A stretch of DNA of 64,000 nt from Acidobacteriota bacterium (GTDB lineage: Bacteria; Acidobacteriota; Vicinamibacteria; Vicinamibacterales; CAVVIG01): NCBI GenBank assembly GCA_040007095.1, contig JBDTVS010000004.1, positions 16,201 to 80,200 of the forward strand, in the 5' to 3' direction. Numbering within the stretch: position 1 is the first letter of the stretch; each line of letters begins with the position of its first letter. Made by a program: the position numbers and the translations under genes. The notes below the pieces were generated by a model that was not told the DNA's origin, did not search any database, and saw only the letters and a program-made list of their open reading frames with translations. Below are positions 1-8,731 of the stretch, piece by piece.

Positions 1-1801
1 TCACCAGGGTTCCGGCGTTGCCGGACTGACCGGTTCGCGGGATGGTGAGGCCTTTGAGCGCCGGATGGTTCTTGATGTTATCCGGCGTTTCACCGTGGGC
101 GATCTGCCAGACGATATCGCCCTTGTTCAGATCGATGGCCGTGATCCGCCCATAAGGCGGTTTGATGAACGGCAGACCCTGGACCGTCAGTCCGCCGCCG
201 CCCTCGCCTCCTTCGGCCGCGGGTGCAGCGGCAGTCGCCCCGCCACGTCCTGCCGCCCCGCCACGTCCTGCCGCGGCGCCACGCCCGGCCGGCGGCGTCG
301 CCCTGGCCACCCCGCCCACCCAGCCTTCGTCGTTACCCTCCGGTGCGGGCACGAGGCCAAGTGACCCGGGCGCGCTTTGCGAGAACACGTAAAACGTGTG
401 CGTCTCCGGATCGTACGAGCCCCCCGGCCAATTCGAGCCTCCGCCGGCGAGCGGCATGTGCAGCGTCGCCAGCGGCCCCTCGACCTTGCTCACGACCCCG
501 GGCGTAAACAAGGGACCGAGCTTGTAGCGTGACACGAACTTCAGCGCCTCCGCGTGGAGCTCCGGAGTGAAATCGAGCAGGTCGTCCACCGAGACTCCTT
601 GACGGTCGTACGCCGGCGGTTTGGTGACAAACGGCTGGGTCGGCGAGTACCACTCGCCCGGCACGTCGCCTTTTGGTACCGGCCGCTCCACGATCGGCCA
701 CACCGGTTGGCCGTTGGTGCGATCGAAGACGTAGAGCCACGCCTGCTTGGTCGGCTGCGCGATGGCTTTAATCGCCCGACCGTTCACCGTGATGTCGGCC
801 AGGATGGGTGGGGCCGCCATGTCGAAATCCCAGATGCCGTGATGCACGAACTGGAAATGCCACTTTCGCACGCCCGTCTTCAGGTCAACCGCCACGAGCG
901 TCTCGCTGAACAGGTTCGCGCCCGGGCGCGGCCCTCCGTAATAGTCGCCGGTGGCAAGCTCGATGGGGAGGTAGGCAAGGTTGAGCTCCTCGTCGATCGC
1001 GACCTGGCCCCACGCCCCGGTGTTGCCCGTATATTTCCAGGAGTCCTTCTCCCACGTGTCGTTCCCGAATTCGCCGAGGTTCGGAATCGTGTGGAAAATC
1101 CACAACCGCTTGCCGCTCCGGACGTCGAACCCGCGGATGTACCCCTTGACGTTCGTCTTTCCTCGCGGCACGCCGCCCGGACGATGGGCAGCGCCGATCA
1201 CGACGACGTCGTTGCCGATCATGGGCGTCGAATGGAGTCCGACTTCCCCGGTGACCAGATCGATGTCCTGGTCGTTATCCATCTTCAGGTCGACCATGCC
1301 GTCTTTGCCGAATCCGGGAACTTTCGCGCCGGTCTTGGCGTCGAGCGCGACGAGGCGGTAGCCGGGGGTCACATACAGGATTCGCTCTTCGCGGCCGTCG
1401 GTCCAGTAGGCCAGGCCGCGGCCGGAGAGCAGTCGGGGGGCGTTCTGGCCGCGCGGCCCCTCATTTTCGCTGTGCATCCAGAGCATTTCACCGGTGGCCG
1501 CGTCGATGGCGACGGCAGCACGGCGGGTGCCCGCCGTCGAGTACATCACGCCCTTCACGATCAGCGGCGTCGATTCGAATTGAAATTCCTTGCGCGGGCC
1601 CAGGTTCTCGGTCTTGAACCGCCAGGCGATTTCGAGGTTCTTGAAGTTGCTTCCATTGATCTGATCGAGTGGGGCGTACCGATGGTTCGCGAGGTTGTTG
1701 CCGTAGCTGCGCCAGTCGGTGTTGGCGGCATTCTGGCCGAGCGCTGGCAGGGTTACCCAGGCGATCAGTCCGGCGATCGGGGCAATGCGCAGCAGCGACA
1801 T
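1..1801 (-). CDS. PQQ-dependent dehydrogenase, soluble quinoprotein beta-propeller (3' end cut by window edge)
   Basis: Absent from the ORF track because it runs off the window. My reverse-strand translation from ATG 1801 gives [50 protein letters not shown]... An in-frame GTG at 1819 sits 4 nt after GGAGGA. The protein is collinear with the 53286..55307 paralog ([27 protein letters not shown] vs [27 protein letters not shown]). Track ORF 554..1837 (+) is its antisense shadow. Confidence 0.85.
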   Translation of the reverse strand, partial: [600 protein letters not shown]

Positions 1802-1910
1802 CTGGAAAGTCCGGCTCACGTTTCCTCCTCGTTGTGACTAGTGTGTCGCCGAGTGGCGGCCGGCGCATTGTAGCAGCCGCCGGGCGGCGCCGACGACCCG
1901 AAAGCACGAA

Positions 1911-1939
1911 GGGCGCCGAACCCGAACGGTCCGGCGCCC
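1911..1939 (-). terminator. GC-rich hairpin downstream of the peroxiredoxin gene (candidate intrinsic terminator)
   Basis: On the minus strand GGGCGCCG-loop-CGGCGCCC is followed by TTCGTGCTTTCGG. It lies about 40 nt after the stop at 1978. The U-tract is weak. Confidence 0.35.
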
Positions 1940-1977
1940 CAGATGTGCGTCGACTGACAACGAATTCTTTGTTGACG

Positions 1978-2529
1978 CTATTTCTTCTTGAGTTCGGTCC
2001 CGAGCTGCTTCAGCGTCGCGGCCATGTCCTCGGCCGATGTGGCAGGCTTCACGGTCTTGTCGATGGCCGTGATCTTCCCATCCTTGCCGATGTAGAACGT
2101 CCAGCGGTTCGCAAATCCGCGTTCGGTGTTGAGCACGCCGTACGCGTTCGCGGTTTCCTTGGCCGGATCGCTCAGGAGCGGGAAATCGGCCTTCTGCGAC
2201 TCGGCAAATGCCTTGTTGCCCTTTTCACCCTCGAGCGGATCGACGCTGATCATGAAGTACTGTGCGTTGTAGGCCTTGATCATGTCGCCGTGCTCGGCCA
2301 GCGACTTGCACTCGATCGTACAGCCCTGGGTGAACGCCTTCGGGAACCACGCGAGCACCACTGATTCCTTGCCCTTGAAATCGGTGAGCTGGTAGGTTTT
2401 ACCGTCGGTCGCCTGCAGTTTGAAGTTCGGCGCCTGATCGCCGACTTTGAGGTCGCCGGCCGCGGCGGGTACCACCGTCATCCCGAACCCCGTGAGGGTC
2501 AACACCATCAATACGAGAACAGCTTTCAT
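1978..2529 (-). CDS. Exported peroxiredoxin, AhpC/TSA-Bcp type
   Basis: 183 aa. Signal peptide MKAVLVLMVLTLTGFGMTVVPAAAG. Motif FPKAFTQGCTIEC has the peroxidatic Cys and a second Cys four residues on. GGAGGTGAT precedes the ATG. Confidence 0.9.
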   Translation of the reverse strand: MKAVLVLMVLTLTGFGMTVVPAAAGDLKVGDQAPNFKLQATDGKTYQLTDFKGKESVVLAWFPKAFTQGCTIECKSLAEHGDMIKAYNAQYFMISVDPLEGEKGNKAFAESQKADFPLLSDPAKETANAYGVLNTERGFANRWTFYIGKDGKITAIDKTVKPATSAEDMAATLKQLGTELKKK

Positions 2530-2610
2530 ATCACCTCCGGCGAATTTAGACGCCTCGAGATTCTATTGCGTTTCCGCCGAATCACAAAGGGAGGGTAAGG
2601 AGCGGCCTTT

Positions 2611-4035
2611 TCAGCGCGACTGTTCGGCGGCTGCTCGAATCGTGTCGACGAGCGCGTCGAGATCCGATTCCCTGGTCCTGAAGTTGACGATGCAGGCGCG
2701 AAGAGCCAGACGGCCTTGCAGCTCGGTGCCGGTCAGATACACATGGCCGTCGCGCTGCACGATATCGAGTGCCTGCCGGTTGAGGCGATCCAGTTCGGCG
2801 TCGCGCCCGAGCAGATGTGCGGGTGCGTATCTGAAGCAGGTGACGCTGAGCGGGCCCGCGCTCACCAACTCGAAGTCCTCGGCGTCTCGCAGCCGCTGCT
2901 GCAGCCCGCGCGCCATGGCGATGTCGTGCGCGATGGCTTTCCGATAGCCGTCGAGGCCGGCGTGCCGCAGCGCCATCCACAGCTTGAGTGCCTTGAATCC
3001 GCGACTCTGCTGAATCCCGAACTCGGAGAACCACGGCAGCGCTGCGTCGTCACGCAGATATGGCGGGACGAGCGAGAACGCATCGCGCATGGCCCGTTGG
3101 TCGCGCACCAACGCGCAGCCGCATTCGACCGGAATGTACATCCACTTGTGCGGATCGACGGCGACGCTGTCGGCGCATTCGAGGCCATCGTACAGATGTG
3201 CCACGCTCTCAACCAGCACCGCGGGACCGCCATACGCTGCGTCGACGTGCAGCCACAGCGCTTCACGCCTGCACACCTCGCCGATCTGAGCGAGCGGGTC
3301 GATCGATCCGGTATTCACCGTGCCGGCACTGGCCGCCACGCATGCCGGCGTGAGGCCGGCTGCCCGGTCGGTGCTGATCTGGCGTTCCAGCGCGGCGACG
3401 TCCATCCGCCACTCGGCGTCCACCGGAATCCGCCGCAGATTGGTATGGCCGATACCGAGGAGCTCGATCGCTTTCTGGAGGCAGCTGTGGCCTTCACTCG
3501 AGGTGTAGACGACGAGGGCAGGCTGGTCGCTGTCCATGCCATGGACGCGGACCCGACCGGCCGTCTTCACGTGGCGCATGACCGCCAGCCCGATCAGATT
3601 CGCCACAGAGCCGCCGCTGGTCAGGATGGCGCCGCTGTTCCTGGAAAAGCCGACAATGTCCCGCATCCAGCCAAGGACCGCATGCTCGACATAGGTTCCC
3701 GCGTGGTCGCCGCCCGCCACGCTCGGGTTGACGCCCGCGGCCAGTAACTCCGCGAGGATCGCCAACGGCGCCGCCGACGAGTTGACCCACGCGAAGAACC
3801 GCGGGCTGCTGTTTCCCATCGGGTATCGGAGAATCGTCGCAGCGACATCGTCCAGCAGGGCGTCGGGGTCGGCGCCGCCGAGCGGCAACGGCCGGTCCAT
3901 CAGGGTGAGGCGGTCGACGTCCGCGACCGGCGTGCGGCAGGGTCCATCCGCCAGCGCCGCGAGGTGGTCCGCGACCAGGTCGACGGCACGGTAGCCCAGC
4001 CGCCGGAATTCTTCGGGGGACAGATCGATCGGCAT
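2611..4035 (-). CDS. PLP-dependent (group II, aromatic-amino-acid-type) decarboxylase
   Basis: 474 aa. Family hallmarks are SGGSVANLIGL and the PLP-lysine context VAVDPHKWMYIPVECG. The start codon (4033-4035) directly abuts the stop of the ABC ATPase (4036-4038). Confidence 0.9.
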   Translation of the reverse strand: MPIDLSPEEFRRLGYRAVDLVADHLAALADGPCRTPVADVDRLTLMDRPLPLGGADPDALLDDVAATILRYPMGNSSPRFFAWVNSSAAPLAILAELLAAGVNPSVAGGDHAGTYVEHAVLGWMRDIVGFSRNSGAILTSGGSVANLIGLAVMRHVKTAGRVRVHGMDSDQPALVVYTSSEGHSCLQKAIELLGIGHTNLRRIPVDAEWRMDVAALERQISTDRAAGLTPACVAASAGTVNTGSIDPLAQIGEVCRREALWLHVDAAYGGPAVLVESVAHLYDGLECADSVAVDPHKWMYIPVECGCALVRDQRAMRDAFSLVPPYLRDDAALPWFSEFGIQQSRGFKALKLWMALRHAGLDGYRKAIAHDIAMARGLQQRLRDAEDFELVSAGPLSVTCFRYAPAHLLGRDAELDRLNRQALDIVQRDGHVYLTGTELQGRLALRACIVNFRTRESDLDALVDTIRAAAEQSR

Positions 4036-4716
4036 TCAGCGCTCCTTCACGACCCCTCGTTCGAGGCGCACGATGCGGGTGGCGAAACGGCGGGCGAACT
4101 CTTCGTCGTGGGTCGAGATGAGCAGCGTCCGACCCTGCGCGAGCAGGCGCTGCAGCAGCGCGCCGAGCTCTTCGCGGCGCTCCGGATCGAGCGACGCGGT
4201 GGGCTCGTCCATCAGCAGGATCGGCGGATTGACGGCCAGGGCTCGCGCGATGGCCACGCGCTGCGCTTCGCCGCCGGACAACTCGCGAGGCAGGGCGGAG
4301 GCGCGGTGTTCCACACCGAACGAGGCGAGCAGTTCGCCGGCGCGGGCGCGCGCGTCGGCCGCAGAAACGCCGTGAGCATGAATCGGTGCCAGACAGACAT
4401 TGTCGAGCGCCGACAGATGTTCGAACAGACAGTGAAACTGGAAGACCATGCCGACGGCCCGGCGCAGCCGCCGCACGGTATCGCGCGTCGCCTTTGCGCC
4501 GCCTTCGAGGACGACGTCTCCCAGCACGATCCGTCCCGCGTCGAACGGCTCCAACGCGGCGATGGCGCGAAGGATGGTGGTCTTGCCAGAACCGGAGGGG
4601 CCCATGAGGGCGATCAGCTCGCCCCGGTGGGCCTCGAGCGTCACCCCGGTCAGAATGTGCCGGGCGCCGCGCTGCAAGTGAACGTCGGTCAAACTGAGCA
4701 CCACGGGGGCGGTCAT
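4036..4716 (-). CDS. Polar amino acid ABC transporter, ATP-binding protein
   Basis: Walker A GPSGSGKTT, signature LSGGEAQRVAIARAL, Walker B ILLMDEPTASLD. I trimmed track ORF 4036..5292 to the internal ATG at 4716 (MTAPVVLSLTDVHL...). That ATG overlaps the upstream stop as ATGA. The longer N-terminus is Arg/Ala-rich nonsense overlapping the permease gene. Confidence 0.9.
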   Translation of the reverse strand: MTAPVVLSLTDVHLQRGARHILTGVTLEAHRGELIALMGPSGSGKTTILRAIAALEPFDAGRIVLGDVVLEGGAKATRDTVRRLRRAVGMVFQFHCLFEHLSALDNVCLAPIHAHGVSAADARARAGELLASFGVEHRASALPRELSGGEAQRVAIARALAVNPPILLMDEPTASLDPERREELGALLQRLLAQGRTLLISTHDEEFARRFATRIVRLERGVVKER

Positions 4717-6305
4717 GCGGTCGGCGTTCTCCAGCGCCGTTCGAGCCGCCTCGCCAGGGCCGACAGCGGCAGCGACATCAACAGATACAAGCCGGCGCAG
4801 ATCGAGCCTGGAATCACCCAGCTGCCCAGATTGGTCGCGAAGATCTGCGTCTGCTTCGTCAGCTCCAGGACGGTGAGCACCGAGACCAGCGAGGAGTCCT
4901 TCAGCAGCGCGACGAAATCGTTCGTCATCGGCGCCAGCGCCAGACGAAACGCCTGCGGACCGCGAACGAGCGTGAGGACCTGGCGTTCCGTCAACCCGAG
5001 CGTCCGCGCCGCTTCGAGCTGCCCGACGGAAATCGCCTCGAGTGCCGAGCGGTAGATCTCGCTTTCGTAGGCGGCATAGTTCAGCGCCAGCCCGAGCAGC
5101 GCGGCGACAAACGCCGGCAGCCGAATCGCCTCGGCGATTCCGTAATAGAGGACGAACAGCTGCAGGAGAATCGGCGTGCCGCGGATCAGCTCGACATATG
5201 CGGTCAGTGCGATGCGAACCACCCGCGAGCCGTAGACACGGCCGGTCGCGATCAGCACGCCAACAACCACCGCCAGCCCCATCGACAGACACGACAGCAG
5301 GATGGTGACCATCGATGCCTGAAGCAGTGACGGGAGGTACCGGCGCGCCGCTTCAACTCCCGACATCGTTGCTGCGGCGACGGCGTCGGAGCCGACCGTC
5401 GGCGGGATGGTCTCGCCGGCCAGCACCTGCTGGTGGAGCGCCGGTTGATCGTCGTTCCAGAGACTCCATTTGCGAAGGATACGCTCGAGGGAGCCGTCGC
5501 GCATCGCCCCGCGTACCAGATCGTCGATGCGCGCTCGAAGCGCCGTGTTCCCAGGCGCCAGCACGCCGATGTAGTGGCCAACGGCGACGCTGTCTGGCTG
5601 GACGGCGAACCCGCGGACCTTCTTCAGCATGCGCTCGGCGAGTACGTTGTCCAGGAGCACCGCGTCGACGCGTCCCACGACGAGGTCGGTGTACGGATGG
5701 GTATCGTCGTCGAAGGAGACCGGCACCACGCCGTGCTCTCGGCCAGCAGCGAGCAGAATCTCGTAGGCGACCGTGCCGCCGAGCGTTGCGACGCGGCGGC
5801 CCCGTAAATCGGCGAGCGACCGGTACCGCTGCGTGTCCGCGCTGCGGACGCTCAGCACTTCGCGGAATCGGTAGTACGGGACCGTGGCTGCGAGAGCGGC
5901 GCGGTTGGCGGGCGTATCTTCGAGGCCGTTGAGGCCGAGATCCGCGTCGCCCCTGGCGATCGACTGGGTGATGGACGCAAAGGTGATGTTGATGAATCGC
6001 GGCGTGCGTCCGAGACCGCGGGCCAGTAAGTCGGCAATCTCGACCTCGAAGCCCACCATCCGATCGGGGCGAGCTGGATCGGCTTCGACAAACGGTGCGC
6101 CGCCTTCCGAGTCTCCGGCCCAGACCAGTTCCTGCGGCGTCTGGGCGCGGACAACGGGAGCCCCTGCCGCCACCAGCAGCGCGACCAGCGCCAGGCAGAC
6201 GCCGAATGCCGCGCGGACCGCGGCTCCCGCGGCAGGCTCGCTGCTCAACTGTCCTCTGGCGTCGGACACCGCTCTAGGGCTCTGGAACACGTGGGGACAT
6301 GGCAC
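4713..6305 (-). CDS. Amino acid ABC transporter, fused periplasmic binding domain and permease
   Basis: 530 aa. A hydrophobic signal-like segment AAFGVCLALVALLVAAGAPVVRAQ comes first. Then a family-3 solute-binding domain (GFEVEIADLLARGLG). Then a permease domain (ELIRGTPILLQLFVLYYG, EAA-type LEAARTLGLTERQV). The codon at 6305 is GTG, so the exact start is uncertain. Confidence 0.85.
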   Translation of the reverse strand: MPCPHVFQSPRAVSDARGQLSSEPAAGAAVRAAFGVCLALVALLVAAGAPVVRAQTPQELVWAGDSEGGAPFVEADPARPDRMVGFEVEIADLLARGLGRTPRFINITFASITQSIARGDADLGLNGLEDTPANRAALAATVPYYRFREVLSVRSADTQRYRSLADLRGRRVATLGGTVAYEILLAAGREHGVVPVSFDDDTHPYTDLVVGRVDAVLLDNVLAERMLKKVRGFAVQPDSVAVGHYIGVLAPGNTALRARIDDLVRGAMRDGSLERILRKWSLWNDDQPALHQQVLAGETIPPTVGSDAVAAATMSGVEAARRYLPSLLQASMVTILLSCLSMGLAVVVGVLIATGRVYGSRVVRIALTAYVELIRGTPILLQLFVLYYGIAEAIRLPAFVAALLGLALNYAAYESEIYRSALEAISVGQLEAARTLGLTERQVLTLVRGPQAFRLALAPMTNDFVALLKDSSLVSVLTVLELTKQTQIFATNLGSWVIPGSICAGLYLLMSLPLSALARRLERRWRTPTA

Positions 6306-6308
6306 CGC

Positions 6309-7157
6309 TCAATGCGTCATCGCGTACAGGACGATGTTCACGCCGAGCGCATAGCCTGCGGGCGAGAACGTCCGGAAATACTCCTTGTCTTCTCCTTCCC
6401 GCTCCCACGTGTCGGCAATATCGGTGTTGTGCGTCATCACTACCATCAGCCGGCCGTGATCGTCGGCGATGCCGCGAAAGTTGGCGATCGGGCTGTCGGG
6501 TCCGCGCTCGGACGTGCTGCCGCCGTTTCTCTGCCAGAAATTGATCGACGAGACTTGCGGCACCGCCTTCACGTCATAGAGGGAGTGCAGGATTGGATGC
6601 CCGGCTGGAATGTCGAAAATCGGATACTCGTCCGGCGGCAGGACACGGCCGATCTCGAGCGCCCACTGCTGCCACGCGCTGGTCCCCCAGAAATCGTCCA
6701 CGTAGAGGAATCCGCCCTTCAGGAAGTAGTCCCGCAGGCTCTCGACTTCACGCGCGGTGAAACGCAGCGTGCCGGTGTCTTCCATGAACAGGATCGGACA
6801 CTTGTAGAGCAGCGGATCGGTCAGCCGGACCACCACGGTGTCGGGCTGCCGCTCGCGATCGAGCTGAACATGCGTGAAGGTCAGCTCCATCAGCCGCACC
6901 GAAAAATTGTTGTCGGCCGCGGGATAGTCCGTCGACCAGCCGGTGCCGCCGGCTTCGCGACGCACGCTGTTGTAGTAGCCACGGCAGTAGATGAACGATC
7001 CGTCGAAATCCTGGCTGGTGGCCCATTTGGGCGCCACCCTGAGCACGCGCCCCGGCGCGACCATGATTCGCTGCGCGGCGGCGATCGTCGCGGTCGCCAG
7101 CAGTGACGCCACCAGCAGGGCCCCGGCGCATCGGCGCCGCCCGAAGGATTGTCTCAT
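6309..7157 (-). CDS. DUF4159 domain-containing exported protein
   Basis: 282 aa with a signal peptide. WSTDYPAADNNFSVRLMELT, PILFMEDTGTLRFTAREVESLRDYFLKGGFLYVDDFWG and THNTDIADTWE match my memory of the DUF4159 family. The ATG at 7157 overlaps the upstream stop (ATGA 7154-7157). Confidence 0.8.
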   Translation of the reverse strand: MRQSFGRRRCAGALLVASLLATATIAAAQRIMVAPGRVLRVAPKWATSQDFDGSFIYCRGYYNSVRREAGGTGWSTDYPAADNNFSVRLMELTFTHVQLDRERQPDTVVVRLTDPLLYKCPILFMEDTGTLRFTAREVESLRDYFLKGGFLYVDDFWGTSAWQQWALEIGRVLPPDEYPIFDIPAGHPILHSLYDVKAVPQVSSINFWQRNGGSTSERGPDSPIANFRGIADDHGRLMVVMTHNTDIADTWEREGEDKEYFRTFSPAGYALGVNIVLYAMTH

Positions 7158-8221
7158 CGGTTGATCGCCAGGAACTCGTTGATTGGCTGAATGCTCGACG
7201 AGCTCACCGATGCCTGGAACGTCGAACGGATGATGACGCTGCGTCCGTCATGCGGCAGTCGGGCGACGTTCTTGGCGAATTGCGACGAGGCGTTGCCGAA
7301 CAGATAGGTCTCGATGTTCGAGATGTAGAACGCCGATACTTTGGTGCCGCGGGCGAGCAGCAGGTCGCCGATGGCGGCCAGCGCGTGCGTGCCGCCGAGA
7401 TCGCCGACGACAGGGACGATCAGATCCTGGGCTTCGAGCGACTTGACGAACTGAAAATCCGCCTCCGCCGCCAGGAAGCTCCAGGGGTGACCGGCGCGGT
7501 CGGTGGCCGTGACCAGATCGCGATACGTCGGATAGACCGCCTGCGGCCGACGTCCCCGGCTTTCGAATTTCAACGACAGGCCGCTTGCGATGAACGTGTG
7601 GTGAAAACGCTGAATCGTGGCGAAATCGGCAGCGGACAGCGGCACGCCGAACGCCGCCACCGCATCGTGCACTCGATGGTCGAGCTGCTGCAGCGCGTCG
7701 GTTCCTTCGGGCTTGGCGCCGTCGATGTAGCCGACGAGCCGTTCGAGGCTCGCCTCGCGCCATGTGTCCAGACGCTCCGGCGCCGGTCGCCCCGTCAGCA
7801 GCGCCGCGTATTCGACGCGGTTGTGCGCCAGTGCGAACAGCGACTTGAAGAGGAGGTGCACCAGCAGGTTGTCGCGCCGGATGTCGATGATGAACGCGAT
7901 CGACGGACGTACCTGTGCAATGTAGGAAAAATTCTGGTCCGGGCCGACGCCGATATACGCACCGCCCGAGACCCCCGCGGTCTTCAGCGCGGGGATCACG
8001 TGCAGAAACGACCGCTCGTTCGAGATGAGGTTGTCCGTATCGAAATCGCCCCCCTCTTCCGACAATCGCTGGACGAGGGACGGGAGCGACTGGCTCCCCG
8101 GTTGCGCGACCTCCAGCAGGGCCCCAGGTTCGACCGCCAGGGCCATCAGGACGGGGAGGACGGCGTAGCGAATCAAAGCGCTCAACCACATGGTTTTTGG
8201 ATTATAGTGCCGGCCCGACAT
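7154..8221 (-). CDS. Hypothetical exported protein, paralog of 8732..9880 (no family recognised)
   Basis: Frame of track ORF 7154..8335. I prefer ATG 8221 or 8191 (MWLSALIRYAVLPVLMALAV as signal or anchor). Blocks shared with 8732..9880: DNLISNERSFLHVIP/DNFLSNENAFQTVIP, YIGVGPDQNFSYI/YLGVGPEQNFTYV, AFIIDIRRDNLL/AFIVDIRRGNLL, VPVVGDLGG/VPVVGDFGG, VSAFYISNIETYLF/VSAFYTSNVEQYLF. Confidence 0.7.
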   Translation of the reverse strand: MSGRHYNPKTMWLSALIRYAVLPVLMALAVEPGALLEVAQPGSQSLPSLVQRLSEEGGDFDTDNLISNERSFLHVIPALKTAGVSGGAYIGVGPDQNFSYIAQVRPSIAFIIDIRRDNLLVHLLFKSLFALAHNRVEYAALLTGRPAPERLDTWREASLERLVGYIDGAKPEGTDALQQLDHRVHDAVAAFGVPLSAADFATIQRFHHTFIASGLSLKFESRGRRPQAVYPTYRDLVTATDRAGHPWSFLAAEADFQFVKSLEAQDLIVPVVGDLGGTHALAAIGDLLLARGTKVSAFYISNIETYLFGNASSQFAKNVARLPHDGRSVIIRSTFQASVSSSSIQPINEFLAINR

Positions 8222-8327
8222 CGCGCGCGGCCCGGACAAAAAGCTCTTTTCTCGAAAGGTGCTTGCGGCCAACAATAGCGGGGACCGGTGCGGCCGATGG
8301 GCCTGCCGGATCGACGTTGAAAAACAC

Positions 8328-8549
8328 ATGGCCACTTGCCCGAAATGTGGCGACTATCTCGGCCGGAACCATCATTGCTGGGGTGGACGCCGAATCGTCG
8401 TCGGGACCGGACTCTTGCTCCTGGGTGCGTTGACCGGGTACTTCGCCCCGTGGCTCCTGGTCGACGGTCCCTCTGAGCCGTTGTTGTTGGTGACGGCGGC
8501 CCTCGGTTCAGTACTGACATTCGCCGTGGGCCGGTATACGCGGTTTTGA
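8328..8549 (+). CDS. Tentative small membrane protein with N-terminal zinc-ribbon-like motif
   Basis: 73 aa from ATG 8328 inside track ORF 8259..8549. MATCPKCGDYLGRNHHC is followed by two hydrophobic helices (IVVGTGLLLLGALTGYF, LLLVTAALGSVLTFAVG). Third-position GC is high. No clear Shine-Dalgarno. Confidence 0.35.
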   Translation: MATCPKCGDYLGRNHHCWGGRRIVVGTGLLLLGALTGYFAPWLLVDGPSEPLLLVTAALGSVLTFAVGRYTRF

Positions 8550-8731
8550 GGGTGCGTCCATGCCGCGACGCCTCGAGGCCGAGCGCGCCAAGAGCTCCGT
8601 GGCGTCTCTCCTGGTCCCCCGGCTGAGCCGCCTGCTGTTGCGTTGCACCACAGTCGTGATGAGGGGGGCCGCGAAGAGGTTCCCCCGTAGTGTCAGCCGG
8701 CCCTTCGGGACCCGGTAAACAGGAGTTGACG

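Noticed and set aside
554-1837. Long plus-strand ORF (427 aa) covering the first 1.8 kb
   Set aside because: The translation is Arg/Gly/Val-rich with no recognisable domain. The opposite strand encodes a full-length-looking PQQ dehydrogenase collinear with 53286..55307. It is an antisense shadow ORF typical of high-GC DNA.
4717-5292. N-terminal 192-aa extension of the ABC ATPase ORF in the track (4036..5292)
   Set aside because: The extension is Arg/Ala/Gly-rich nonsense that overlaps the permease gene in another frame. The internal ATG at 4716 gives a standard-length ATPase and an ATGA overlap with the permease stop.
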